Notes under the pieces: generated by a model
Database searches by the model: none
What the model saw: the letters and a program-made list of their open reading frames with translations, nothing else
What the model was told of the DNA's origin: nothing
In this document: positions 13,649 to 26,159 of the stretch, piece after piece
Position numbering within the stretch: the first letter of the stretch is position 1
Layout: each line of letters starts with the position of its first letter
Translations under genes and position numbers: made by a program
Source of the DNA: Lama guanicoe
Lineage: Eukaryota
Length of the DNA stretch: 64,000 bases
Assembly (NCBI GenBank): GCA_013239625.1
Contig: MU054831.1
Coordinates: 4,391,632-4,455,631 of the forward strand
Direction of reading: 5' to 3'

Positions 13649-14088
13649 CAGGCACACGCTGGAGACGCCGGTTCAGTTCCAGGCCACAGCAATGAGGCGA
13701 ACGTGGCAGCAGAGTTGAGTCGCAGGAGTTTTTTGGCTTCCCAGTGCCTATAAAAGTTACGTTTGCACTACGCTGTAGTCTATTAAGTGTGCAAGAGTAT
13801 GTCTACAAAAACAATGTATATACCTTAATTTTAAAACAACTGTAAAAAAGTAAAACAAACATACTGCTAAAACATGCTAACACCATTTGAGCCTTCAGCA
13901 AGTCAGTCTCTTTGCTGGTAGAGTCCAAAATATTGTAAAATGTGACAGAGAGACACGAGGGGAACAAATGCTGCTGGAAAATAAATGCGGCCGACAAACT
14001 TGCACGACGTAAGGTTGCCACAAACCTTCAATTTGTTTAAAAAAAAAAAAAGCAGTATCTGAGAATCGCATAAAATGAGGTGTGCCTG
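13649..14088. mobile_element. Internally deleted Tigger1 derivative (Tigger1a_Art-like) retaining both TIRs
   Basis: Terminal inverted repeats caggcacac...gtgtgcctg. Internal tttttggcttcccagtgcctataaaagtta...gtctattaagtgtgcaa and ggttgccacaaaccttcaatttg match recalled Tigger1 ends. Confidence 0.85.
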
Positions 14089-17000
14089 TGAGACCGAAGA
14101 AGTCAGCTGTTTGCTGGACACGTTCCAACGCCCGCTGCTGGGGCTGTACGGGAACGTTCCAGTCCGACCGTCTCTGAAATAGTCTGGTGGTGGACCAAAT
14201 ATATTTAGTCAAGCACATTTGTTTCCTTGGGGGGAAATGTACTTACGGTTATTTGTTTGTTTTATTTTTTAATATTCTGCACATTTATTTTAAGCATAAA
14301 AAAGGATAAATCACAAAAAGGATTACAGATTCAGGAGAAAGAGCCCAGCTGCTCGCCTGGTGTATTTAAAGGCGGCTTTGCTGCCAAATCCCACCGCCCG
14401 TGGCCTGAGACGTGTCCACGGGCAGGAGCCTTAGAAAGGAGCGTGGCGGGGTGTCGGCCAGCACCCAACAGAAGCCAACTGTTTGGGGGCGGTTTTTCAG
14501 CTGCCAACATGTGGGCAAATGGTCCCTTGGTCCCTCAGATTTTATTGTTCTAACCTAGTGTTTCCCGTGTGAAAATAACTTTATTAAAAAAAACACTGTC
14601 TTGTACGCTATTTTTGAATAAACAATTCTAGAATAAAACATGTCAAGGTACTGGCTTTAGAACTGTCTGTTCACACACATTTCTCTGAATATAAATCAGA
14701 TGTTTGTTCCAAGCAACTCAAACAGGGTGGCTGTTGTCAGACTGGATCATATGGAGAAACCCAGAAATCCTCTACATTTAAAACCTGATGTGTTTACATA
14801 CTGCGGAGCGGGGGCCATGAACTGTCCCGGTGAAGGGCCACCAGCCAGGACCCACTCTAGGCCCTGTGGGTAGCAGCCTCCCCTGTTTCTGTGGGGGGTT
14901 TGTTTTCACTTATTTTTACAAACCTTCAGAAATGCCACACTCCTCAGCTCGTGGAGTAACAGCGCAGGCGGGAGGTGACTGCTATGGGGGGGTTTCACGA
15001 TACTTCTCCTGGGGACACGAGCACTTACTGTTTGGACTGGCACCTGCCATTTCAGACGGCAGGGGCGGCGGGGGGAGAGGGAGGGGAGGACCCCACTTCC
15101 TGTGGGAACAGTGCGCGTACTTTACGGGAGGAGCCCAGCTGGTACTAAGTCTCCAGGTCACAGATCCCACCCCAGAGGGGCTTTGGTCTCTGAGGTCGGC
15201 ATCCTCTGAGCCGGACACCACCAAGACGTGGAGCAAAGCAGGAGCCAGGACCGCCGTGGTGTGTCTTTGTGTATCTGTGTGTCTATGTGGTGTGTGTCTG
15301 TGTGTGTTGCTCCCTCTCAGGCAGCTCAGGAAGCGCCCGCATCTTGGAACGCTCTTGGTTTGCACCTGCTCCTGGTGCACTGCCAGGTTCCTGCCCAAGC
15401 TGGAATGCAGACCGAGGCACATCCTACAGCCAGTGCTTCTCAGGACTATAAGCTGCCACCTCTCCTGATGAGGCAGCAGAGGGTCCACTGGTGAGCGGGT
15501 CCCCACAGCTCCCTCCCACCATGATGTGTTGATTCCAACATCCAGAGGTCATCTGAGGACCCCTCCCATCTGCCCTCCTGTGTCCCTCCCCAAAGCCAGG
15601 GCTTGTGTAATGACCGCCAGGAGCCCCAGGGTCCAGCCCCCTGGACTCCCTGCAGAACCCTCACACACACAAGGGCCCCTCTCCGTCCCCAGGCCGCAGT
15701 GGAAGATGCACACGCTGCCAGCCGGGTCCACCTGCAGATCACGCAGCCACGCTGTGTGTAAGTGACACAACCTAACACCCTCCCCTCTGCTGCAGGCACG
15801 GAGGTGAGGACACACTGGGGCCCGCTTTCTGTCACCAAGGCCCCCTCTCCACACACACTCCTCACATTTGGCACAATCCAGTGGCCCTCCAAGAGCAATG
15901 CTCTTTCCTTCTTTTGTTTGTGGCGTTGCTGTTTTGTAAAATAAGCAGGAACAGTAAGAAATGGAGCTCAGAAAGGGGCAACAGGCTGGCCACCCAGGAG
16001 GCCCCTCAGGCCACGTGGCAGAACAGGAGCCGCTCCCGGACGCAGGGCAGGCGTGGCCACCCACCCACGCAGCGTTCTTCCTGATCCTGGATCCTGCCTC
16101 AGAATCCTTCCCAACACAGCACATCCAGGAAGCCACCTCGGACGGATGGAAGACTACGCCATGAGTTGAATCTGGTTCCCACTGCTGACCTGGGTCAACC
16201 ATCAAAGAATTTATTCAAACCATTTCAAGCACATGGAACTGTCGCCTTCTGTAGGTAACCGGCAGCTGTGCGGGGCGGGCACTCAGGCAGTGCACACGCA
16301 GTACGCCCCGATCCCCGCCACCCCGATCGTACGCCTGGTTCCCCGATACCCCTCCCTCAGGCCGGGGGCCCCCACTCCTGCAGGAAGCCACGCCCTGCAG
16401 GGAGAGCCCGGGACATGCTCGGAAGAGCCTCCAGACGTGATTCTTTTTGGCATGTGGCCCGTTCTGCTGCTGGTGTTGTAACTTTTACCCCCTTTTCTCC
16501 ACGTCCTGGGCCCGAGAGTTGCCAGGACCCCGAATGGAAATTTGTACCCACAATTCTCATGAGCGTCCAGCAGGATCACCTTACATGATGTGGCATTTTC
16601 TTCCCGCAGCGATCCTGTCTCCCACCAGCAGCGACTGGGACAAGGGCTCCACACTCTCATAGCCATCCTAGGCCCCTCCTGGTACCTAAGCCTCCCCGCC
16701 TGACCCACAGCCGTGCACTGAGGGTGCCGCCCACACCCACCGCCTCTCCCAGGCCTCCTCTCTCCACTGCACAAGCCCCCCTTCTCCTGTCTGCCCCCCC
16801 CCAGGCCAGTCCTTCTTCCTCTCTGCACATCCTTCCACAGAATCCCTTGACCCTGATGAGCACCCAGACCCAGCTAAGGACTGGCTGTGAGCATCTGATC
16901 TCTCCCCACCCCCGGGGCAGGTGCAAAGTAAAAATAACAGTAAGGAGGGGGATGCAAAAAAAGTCTCAGCTCACAAAGCCACTTAAGATTCAAACAACGC

Positions 17001-17259
17001 ATGACAGTCCAAAGACTAACTTTTCTGCCCCTGAAGCTCAAGAAGGGAAAAATGGCTGCAGAAGCCCCAGGTCCACAGGCTAAGCGGGACTATAAAAATC
17101 AGAGGGAGTTTCTGGAAGAGGCAGTGAGGTGAGTTCAAACAGTCCAAGGCACTTCTGTCTCCCGGGCATCCTGCTCTCAGGGTGCAAACTGAATAACAGG
17201 TCTGTTAATTAGGGACGGGGTCCGCATTACAAAGCCCCCCATGCGTTAGAACTTAGAAA

Positions 17260-17592
17260 GAGTATGTGACTCAAGCAATGCCAATCAGAGCTGTCTCTGA
17301 GTCTTGTTGGCGCTCTTGAGAAAAACAGCCAATTCTCCCTCCCCACCAGGTGTGAGTGCTGTAGGTCACGTGGTCGTGAGGACACCTGGAACTGCTTGCC
17401 ACCAGCCGGGGAGACCCAAGAAACGCGAGAGGCAGGTTCCTCATCAGCGCAGGTGGGTCAGTAGGTGAGGGTCTTTGTCAAGCTGTGGATCCACCCGCTG
17501 AGCTGCTCCAGTTATGGGAGTTGATAAATCCTCCCTTTTCTACTGAAGCTCAGTTAAGTTGGTCACCTGCACCTTGCAAACAAAAGCGTCTA
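17260..17592 (+). mobile_element. Old MaLR LTR fragment (MLT1J/K-like)
   Basis: gccaatcagag...ataaatcctccctttt...aagctcagttaagttgg...cttgcaaacaaaag 3' signature; highly degraded. Confidence 0.5.
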
Positions 17593-19749
17593 CACCAAGG
17601 CAGTGAACATGGACACTGTGGCTCCCAGATCAGAGCAGGCAGCTGGACGAGTGGGGACTGGCCAGCTGCCATGCAGTCCCCTGGCACCAGAGCTGGCTGC
17701 CAGCAAGATGGCAGAGTCAGGGCCCAGTGACACAGGCAGATGCAGCCACGGACCAAAGGGGAAACGCTGGATGGCGGTCCAGCACTGCCGGCTCCAGGGG
17801 CCACTTTCTCATTTGCAATAAACTCATGCCCTTAAAAAAAAAAATCTTCAGAGTTAAAATTTCTCTAGAAAGAGTAACTTACAAATTCAGAGGTGAAATT
17901 GTAAGTTTCTAGACTCCAGTCTCCCTTTTCTTTTTTAAGAAAGGATTTGGTAAAATCTTTTGAAGTCAGGAGGCGTCTCAGGAAAGCTTCCGCTGTGTGC
18001 ACAGCCTGCAGTGTGCTGTCCGGAGGCTGTGCTGGGAACCCAGGGCCTCCTCCCGGCAGAAGCCGGCACCCTCGGCGTCCCCGCGGACCAGGAGTGCGTC
18101 ACCTCCCTGAGCTAGTTCTCCCCCCACGAGCCTCTTCTCCTCTGGAACGCGCACCCGGGCCGCAGGCGCGGCGCCCGGCCCTCAGCAGGCCCTCGGTTTC
18201 TTGTTGAACCAATTATAACAATACAGATGACGCGTTCTGAGGTCCAAACCACCAATTCATAAACACACTTCGTCCTGCCAGTTTTGTCAGTGCCAGAGAC
18301 GTAACCTCCTTACCCTCATTTTACAGCTTTCCTTTTCTTGCTCAGAGCAGGACATGCTGCTTTCTCATTATTTCTCTGAAGTTCCTAGTAAGAAGTTTTA
18401 TGTCCTTCAGTATTTTGGACAGTGATCACCCGATCTTCAACATGGCTTACATGTGCGGGGGACCGAGATCGCAGACTGTCACACAGACGAAGACAGTCAC
18501 CAGGATCAGTGGCACTTCTGTGGTTAGGGACTGGGCTAGGAGGTGAAGTAATTAGAGAAGGTGGCTGAGCCAACTGCTGCTTTATCTATTAACCCAGTTT
18601 TAAAACTTCAGATAACCCTCACTAAAAATATCATGTCCTTATAATTACTTGGTTGCAAGTAACACGGTAAAATTATGCTGAAAAATTTAAACAGCTAGAT
18701 TTCAATACTGCTCAAGTTTTACTAGCGTTTAAAGATATTTCCCCCCATTGGAACATTAAACGGCACCCACGAACGTGTTCAGAAATAAGCCTAACATCTG
18801 TTGAGCAGTGGTAGCTGACAGAAGTTTTAAGTTTATTTGATTTGCAGAGGGTTTCTGGAGCTGACAGTTTAAATGCATTTCATGTGTCCCAGAAAATAAG
18901 TCTGGTGTTTACCACGTGGCTGGTTTCTAAGAAACCAAGTAAACACTCATTTTAAAAAAATTAATTCAGATCCACATGCTCCCAAGAACGCTTTCACGGG
19001 CCTGATGACAGACATGTCTGCTGGGAGAGGACCCCAGGCAGAGACCCCGGGGAAGCGGCAGGACTAGCAGAGGAACATCCAGCTCATGGGGACCGTCGGC
19101 CACCAGGCCCCTACAGCTGGAGGAAGTGACCACTGGGACACGGCCAGCGTGTGACAGCGGCAGCCAGGAACGGGCAGGGCACAGTGGGAAGTCCAGGGCC
19201 GGTCAGCTTCGGTGGGCACAGACTGTTAACACGGGGAAGGAGACGGCAAAGATGCAGCTGACTCGGGCCTCACAGCGGTCACCTGCGCTATAAGCCCACG
19301 TCCACCCAGAGAAGCTCCGGACACTGCATCGTGGTCCACGCAGCCCGCCCACCCCCATCCCCGCCCTACATGTGGGAAAGACTTCACAGAACTCAGCCCC
19401 AACCCGAATCACCGAGGGGCAGGGTCGGGGTGGTCAGCCCACTTTCAACTGTGTTCTTTTCTCTAGTTTCCAAATGACACGATTAGGGCCCAGGCATGTC
19501 TCCACTGCCACGACCTGGGATTTACTTAAAACTGTCAGCATAACCGCACAGACGAGGAGACAGTCCCTTGGGCATCTCCCAGCCGGGTCGGGGCTTAACC
19601 AAGGAAGAGCACTGAGCAGAAGAGAAGGCCATCTTGCTCTGAGGGACCTGAGGTCCTGAAGCCACACCTGTGCTTAGCGCTGAGGAGGCGGGGCCCACAG
19701 CCTGGGGCAGAAGCTGTGGGAGAAAAGGGGCGGGGCCTGTACTTAAAAG

Positions 19750-19925
19750 GTGACCTTCACGAGGCCTTGCTCTGCACCAGGCACTAGAGCGGCGTCTTCC
19801 ACACGTTTAAGCTCTTATTTGGTCCCTGCAACACCTGGGAAGCAGAGAAGAGCACACTGAAATTCAGGACCCAAGGTCACAGGAACAGGAGTGGCTGAGA
19901 CAGGCTGGGGACCCTAGGTTTCAAT
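19750..19925 (-). mobile_element. MIR fragment
   Basis: ctgcaccaggcact...cttatttggtccctgcaacacc...actgaaattcagg...cccaaggtcacag. Confidence 0.55.
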
Positions 19926-20750
19926 GGCCACAGGCAAGTTCAGGCCTGACACAGAGGCTCAGAGCTTCTAGAAGGCAGTGCAGCCCTCTCCCTGGGGACA
20001 CTCAAGTCCAGGCAGGATGGGGTCCAGGCAAGGGTGTGGGGAGGCGGCCCCTCCGGCCCTGAGATCCTCCAGCCCAGGACTCCCTGGAGCTTCCTGACAA
20101 GGTGCTCCAGCTCCCGGACCACCACCCGCTTCCCTCCTGCCGTGGTGGCCCCACTCCTCCCGTCCCTGAAACCACCCAGCCCTTCCACACCCCGTTTCAG
20201 CCTGGAATCATTAAAGACGCTACGCATTTATAGGTTCTTCTCCCAGAATGTGAACCGGTTTCATCTTTCCTATGAAATACCCCAGGTTTGTATCAAACTC
20301 CGTGTATCTGACATAAACCAAATACATGAGAGAGACGGGCTCTAGGCTCCTTCCGGGAAGACTGAAGAAGCGGAACACAGCCGGGTGCTTCCCTGCTGCG
20401 GCCCGGCGCAAGACAAACACACCAGGGATTTCCTGCCATGTCCGGAAGGCCTAACTCCCTATCTTATTGCATTATGTACCTTACCATTTCAACCATTTTG
20501 TTTTACACACTGCAGCTTTCTCAATGTAGTAGTTATAATTACTCAGTATCTAACATTTTCTCCAAAGGCTAATTAGCAGCACTCAGGCATCTTCTGTCGC
20601 CCTTTTTGGCTTCAGACTCCTTTCTTTACACAGAAGGAATTCCCATGGAGCTTCCCACTTTGGAAGGACACTGGCATCCCACCCGGCTCCAGTAAGTTCC
20701 TAGAGGAAGGTCCACCTGTAATTCTCTGCCCAAACTCATGGGGCTGAGTC

Positions 20751-20876
20751 TTTTTTTCCTGGAGGGGTAGGTAATTAGGTTTACTTATTTACTTTTGGAG
20801 GAGGTACTGGGGATTGAACCCAGGACCTCGTGCATGCTAAGCATGTGCTTTACCACTTGAGCTATACCTTCCCCCC
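20751..20876 (-). mobile_element. tRNA-derived SINE (Vic-1-like), low divergence
   Basis: gaggtactggggattgaacccaggacctcgtgcatgctaagcatgtgctttaccacttgagctataccttcccc. Confidence 0.92.
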
Positions 20877-22217
20877 ATCTGACTGTTTTAATTTGTGAAA
20901 TGAATGGTGCAGGGCTGGAATTCCTAGATACCCGTTCATGTTTTCCGGTCTTGGGTGGGTTGCAGCCGTGGTGGCACATGTGTGGTCCCCGCTGGGAAGG
21001 ACAGGAGAGCGAAGACGGAGCTCTGGGTCCCCGCCCAGATGAAGGCAGCTCCCCTGGAGATGAGAGGCGGTGCCATCGCAGCCTTCACACTGGCACATGC
21101 CCCGTCCCCCAGCTCCCAGCCAGGATCCTGCTGGCTGCCGGCCTAGATTCGGGGCTGTCACAGCCTTGGGGCTTTTTACCCTGAAATGTGAGCTGGTGAG
21201 GAGTCCGAGTCCAGAGAAGCTGAAGATGTTCTCCCTGGGGGAATGAACCTCTGATGGATTCCGCTTACGGGGACCCAGGAAGGACAGCCGCTCCCAAGTC
21301 ACACCTGGGCAAGGCCTGCAGCTGCCTGGGCCCCTCCTGTTTCACACCTGGATGAGGGTTTACTCCAGACTCAAGGCAAAGGAGGCTCTCAGACAGCGTG
21401 ACGTCACCCTGGCATGTTTTACCCCATCTGGTGGCCTGAAATTCCTGGAACAATTAGCCAGGAGCACTTCACTTTATAACCACAGGAAGGAAGGTCCTGG
21501 ACGTTCTTCAGTCTGTTTCCACCAGCCTTAAAACCTACTACTCAACCCGCTGGGCAGTTCAGTCCGCCTTAGAGCCGGTGGGCCGGCCCCCGCCCCTCCA
21601 CTGCCACCACGAACGCAGCTGCTGGCTCCAGCCTTTCCGGGCCCAGGTCCTCCTGCATGGCGCACGGCGGGAGGCAAGGAGAAGCACAGAGACGCGTTGC
21701 AGGACACGGTCTCAGAGCAACGCCTCAGCTCCGCAGCTCCGAACTCCCTGGGGGCACAACCACCTCCCCGCCTGCCAGGGGAAAGTGTCTCAGGGGCTCG
21801 TGTTTTCCACCAGATTCCCACTTAATCCTGGGCGGCCTGGTATTCTTTCCTTTTTCTTTTTCTTTTTCAGGGAGAGAGTGAAAACCAGTGGCAGACGTGC
21901 GGGGTCTGTGGTGGAAGGCGGGGTGCCCAAACCCCCGTTCACTCTTCTGATTAGCAGCCGTTAGTGGGGCACCAATGGCAAGGGAGTCATTCGTATCTGA
22001 TTCTTTCTGTCAGAGGTGAATGGCAGCTGCGAAACTCCCATCAGCGCTGTGAAGGTCACGTGTAAACTAACCTTCACTCAGGTCTGCAACCCCAGCAGTG
22101 AGCGTCGCCGGAAAGGCCTGGGGCAGCTTCGCTCTTCTGGTCACGAGGACGTAACGGGCAACCTCAGTCCCGAGTGCAGCTGCCGTCAAACACCGCATGT
22201 GTGTGCTATGCGTGCTT

Positions 22218-22635
22218 CTGAGGGCTGAATTCTCTCCCGTAAGCCGTGTGCAAGGCCCTGCCCCCGACACCCCGACACCTGCGATGTGGCCTTGTTTGCC
22301 AACAGGGTCTTTGCAGACGTGATCAAAATGAGGTCGTCCTCGAGTAGGGTGGCCCTCAACCCAGAGACCTGTGTCTTCATGAGATGAAGGAAATGTGGAC
22401 ACAGACAGACACAGGGAGGAGAGGCAGAGACCGGAGCAACGCGTCTGCAGCCCAGGAAGGCCAAGGGCCGTCGGTGTCAGCAGCTCGGATGCTCCCTCAG
22501 CTCCTCAGGGGGAGCCAGCCTGTCCACACCTTGATCTCGGACTTCCAGCCTCCAGGGCTGTGAGAACACATTCCTGTTGTTTTAAGCCACCCAGTTGCTG
22601 GTAATTTGTCATGGCGGTCCTAGAACTCAAGCACA
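22218..22635 (+). mobile_element. ERVL-MaLR solo LTR (MLT1B/C-like)
   Basis: agggtctttgcagacgtgatcaaaatgaggtc...caccttgatctcggacttccagcctccag...ctgtgaga...tgttgttttaagccacccag, typical of MLT1 LTRs. Confidence 0.85.
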
Positions 22636-25357
22636 TGGACATCTCTCTCTCTTACACACACACACACAATTAAAAGGGTATTTGCCTGCACAAAACTTTT
22701 ACTTTGGATTACTTTCACGGACTTACAGGCTCCCCACTGGTTACCCACTTTTGCCTTGTGAATCCACTAATGAAAAACACGGAGTATTTAAATCCTTCCT
22801 TCATTTAAATTGTATCTTTCCCATGATCTAAATTGTGGGAGTCCACTCTCTTTGCTACAAGAATTAAAACATCAACCAAAATGTACCACACAATTAAAGC
22901 ACACCAGATGTCATCCTCTGAGACCCGACGACAAAGTGCCCGCTGGGGGAGGCTGGGGACCACCCCATCCCAGCGGCGGGTTTTCTATGGAGAAAGAACC
23001 CTCTTCAGAAAGCAGAAGGCCCTTTACCCTCCCGGCCATCTAAAGACACCTGCCACAGGTCAAAGTAAAGCTACAGGCTGTTTCCCCGTTAATGAAATCA
23101 AAAGAAGAGCCACATGCAGACAGGAGAGCAGCAGGGCGACCCCAGGCAGCCGGTGCACAGGCGGGGCCCAACCACGCCAGCAGCACACGCCTCCCGTCGG
23201 AGCTGCTGCCCAGGGTGGGAAAGGCAACCGATCACTCCAGTGGTGGGAAGAGGGAAGGAGGAAAAATCAGAAAGTAATAGTAATAGCAAGAAAACAGAAA
23301 GGTCTCACAGCTCACCCAGAGTCCAGGCCCCTCCGCCCAGTGCCCACAATGTCCACCATCAGCTGTGCCCTGACCCGACCCTTGGCTGCAGAAGTCGCTG
23401 CCTGGCAGCTGTACTTGGCCTTCGCTGCCTCCGGCACCGCCCGGAGAGGACTCCCTTTGCTCTCATGTTCTCCATAAACCTGGGTGATGTCACGGCACAT
23501 TGCAACTCCAAACATTCTCTGTGCAGACTTCTCAGTGAAGCAAGCCTGGGTAACTGAGGAAGTCACCACGCCCGACAAGAGCTGAAATCCCTCTGCAGCT
23601 GCGGCGCCCCGACCAGAGAAAGAACTTCAGCGTGTCAAGACGTCGGGAGGCATGGCTTTTCCCGTTCTGTTTCTTTCCTTTCAGAAGCAACCAACTGGGT
23701 TCCCTCCTGCTGCCACGTGGATGGAACATGGGAGCCAGTTCCCTGGTCTCACAAAGAGAGGCAAAGGCATAGCCACCAGCCAGGTTCCAGGGTGGCAGGT
23801 CCCTTGGAAAATGGACTCACGGAGGTGAAGGGCTTCCAGGCACCAGGCGGCACCTGTTCACAATCTTCCAGGACCCGGAGGCCCTGATGCATGTGCAAAG
23901 GGGCGTATCTCTCTAAGCTCCCAGCGATGCCAAGGGCAATCCCTTGACCTGGAATCAAATGGTGAGCGGACAGGTGGCCAGGTGGCAGGACGAGAGGAAA
24001 GATCAATTCTGGACAATCTTCCCTCTGAGCCAGGAGGCCCTGGGCACCGGCTCCTCTGAGGGATGAGGTTTTCCCACTTTGCAGAGGAAGAAAGAGATGG
24101 GAGCGTACTCAAGAATGCATATACTCTTTCAGATAATGTCTTAACATCATATGATACCGTGAAATTCCAGTAGTAAAACGTGTCACTTGAAAAGTCAAAG
24201 AAGCAGGGCTATAAGAGACCACATTCAGGTCCCCCCGCTGGGAACAATTTTTACTTCTGATGTGCAAACGTTCAAGAGAAAGGCCTCCATGTTCATCAGA
24301 ATGTAAGGGCCCGCTGCAGACTCACAGTCAGGCTCGAATGCGGTGGCACAAACTGGACCCCCAAAGGGAAAACAGCAGAAGCCACAATAAGGACAAAACG
24401 CACCACAGGGGAGGGGGCGGCGGCCAGGAGCCAGGGGGCTGGGGACTCGCACTGGCCACCCCAAACGCTGAACCAAGCCCGGAGAGGCCAGCACGTCACC
24501 AAACCAGGGCCCAGACAACGTAACCTCCAGGGGCCCCCAACTGAAATCCGGAGTGTTCCAAGGGCAACACAGGCAGGTTTACTGGGAGAGGTGATCACGT
24601 CACCTGCAGTCATGTTCATCCGTCCACAAGCGGCTGCCGTCACTAACACAAAAGCCACTAACCCCGAGGAGTAAGCAGAAACCCCAAGAAAAAGGCTCTA
24701 AGACAATCAGGTATAATCCAAGGGATGATGGCTAAAATCCACACTCGGACACAAACGAATAAACACACCAGCGCGACCAAGCAGAGACCCCAGGAAAGAA
24801 GTCGGAAAGACGCGTAAATTCCTCGCCTGCCTCACCTAAGGGACGCAGTTTTTTGGCATCTGTGTATATTTTGCATTGTCCAGCTACGTTTTTTTCCCCA
24901 TTGATTCCCACAATTTGAACCTTCAGTTTAACTTCTCGTCTTCCAAGAGCATCATTTCAATGTGGGTAAGGGAAAAGGAAGCCGTTCCCTCATGTGACCA
25001 CCACGAGACCTTGATGACATGATTGCAAAGTTCTGCAAAGTCACGCCAGAGCCCCAAGCAAAGATGGCCCGGGGTTCCATCTTCCACACTCCCCTGAACG
25101 GTCAACAGTGTCCAGGACAAGAGGTAAGTACCAGAACAGGTGTTACGGGAGACACGGGAGCTACTCAGGACTACTGCTAACGACATCTAAGGGACAAAAC
25201 AAGGTGAAATGTTTAACTTAAAAAGAAAAGGAGAAAGCGGAACAAAATAGGATGGTACACAGAACAAAGAGGGCAGGGGACACTACGGTACAGAGCTGGG
25301 CCTCTCCTCTCTCTCCAAACAAGACAAGCAGCTGCCAAGAAGAAAAGGTATAGTTAC

Positions 25358-25369
25358 CTGCATCCATGT
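25358..25369 (-). CDS. AGAP1: AGAP1 12-nt cassette microexon ACATGGATGCAG, inserting DMDA (ESPE-DMDA-GGRFKK)
   Basis: Minus strand reads ttctggttccttctttttcttactggctgttccattctttgCAG|ACATGGATGCAG|GTAACT. Long pyrimidine tract, canonical sites, phase 1/1, no stop. A neural AGAP1 microexon is recalled from microexon surveys. Confidence 0.85.
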
Positions 25370-26071
25370 CTGCAAAGAATGGAACAGCCAGTAAGAAAAA
25401 GAAGGAACCAGAAATTCAGTGTCTCACAGTTGGATTTTCAAAGGTTACACGGAGAGAAAATAAAATTTAGAAAACTGCGTGTGCGAGATACCTTGACTAG
25501 GGAACAAGGGGGCTAAAGGGTCTCCTAGCGTTACTACTGAAATTTCATTTACAGCAAAACATAAAACATGGATATGTTCACAGAAGAAGTAAAGGCCTGG
25601 TGGCAAAAGAAATATCTCATTCACGTGCAAAATGATTATCAAATGTTTGTAATACGATCATAAGGGGGGGAACGTTCTCAAACATACGGTGGTGGTGATC
25701 ACCTGAAGGGCCTTGTATCTCTAAGTAACATACAAATTATACATCAGCTCAACATCCAGATCAGAGAAACTTCCAAGCAATACAGGAGCGACACTGGATT
25801 AACGTTTGAAAGGACAGAATTACTAGGTAAGAAATACGTTCCACAGCATTTGTGGCTTTACTTTATTGCTGCAAATGCCGAGGTGAAGATAACATAGCTG
25901 GTCAGCTAACAATACTGTAGAGGAAACAACGGGCCTGCAGATTTTTGAGGCTTGGTATTTTATTACTTGCTTGATATGTGATACATCAAAGTAATGACTT
26001 AGAATATGCTAGCGAAAAATTTAGAGAAACTAAACTCTCTGAAGCTTGAGGCTGTCTGCCAAACAGCATAC

Positions 26072-26159
26072 CTTCGGGAGACTCCTCCTGGACGTACGTG
26101 CCGGTCAGATACCGGTGCACCAGGGCCGACTTGCCGCTGGCCAAGTTACCCACAATTCC
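26072..26159 (-). CDS. AGAP1: AGAP1 coding exon 3 (88 nt): [29 protein letters not shown](G), with P-loop GNLASGKS
   Basis: Acceptor gtctttgttcCAG (26162-26160), donor AAG|GTATGC (26071-26066). Walker A motif GxxxxGKS. Starts in phase 0, ends in phase 1. Confidence 0.97.

Noticed and set aside
20795-20876. tRNA gene
   Set aside because: A/B boxes belong to a SINE head present in six diverged copies with tails and TSDs; no intact cloverleaf is evident.
23312-23578. 88-aa minus-strand ORF ending at a TGG|GTGAGC donor, as an alternative exon
   Set aside because: The open frame ends in phase 2 but exon 4 needs phase 1, and the phase-1 frame has a nearby stop.
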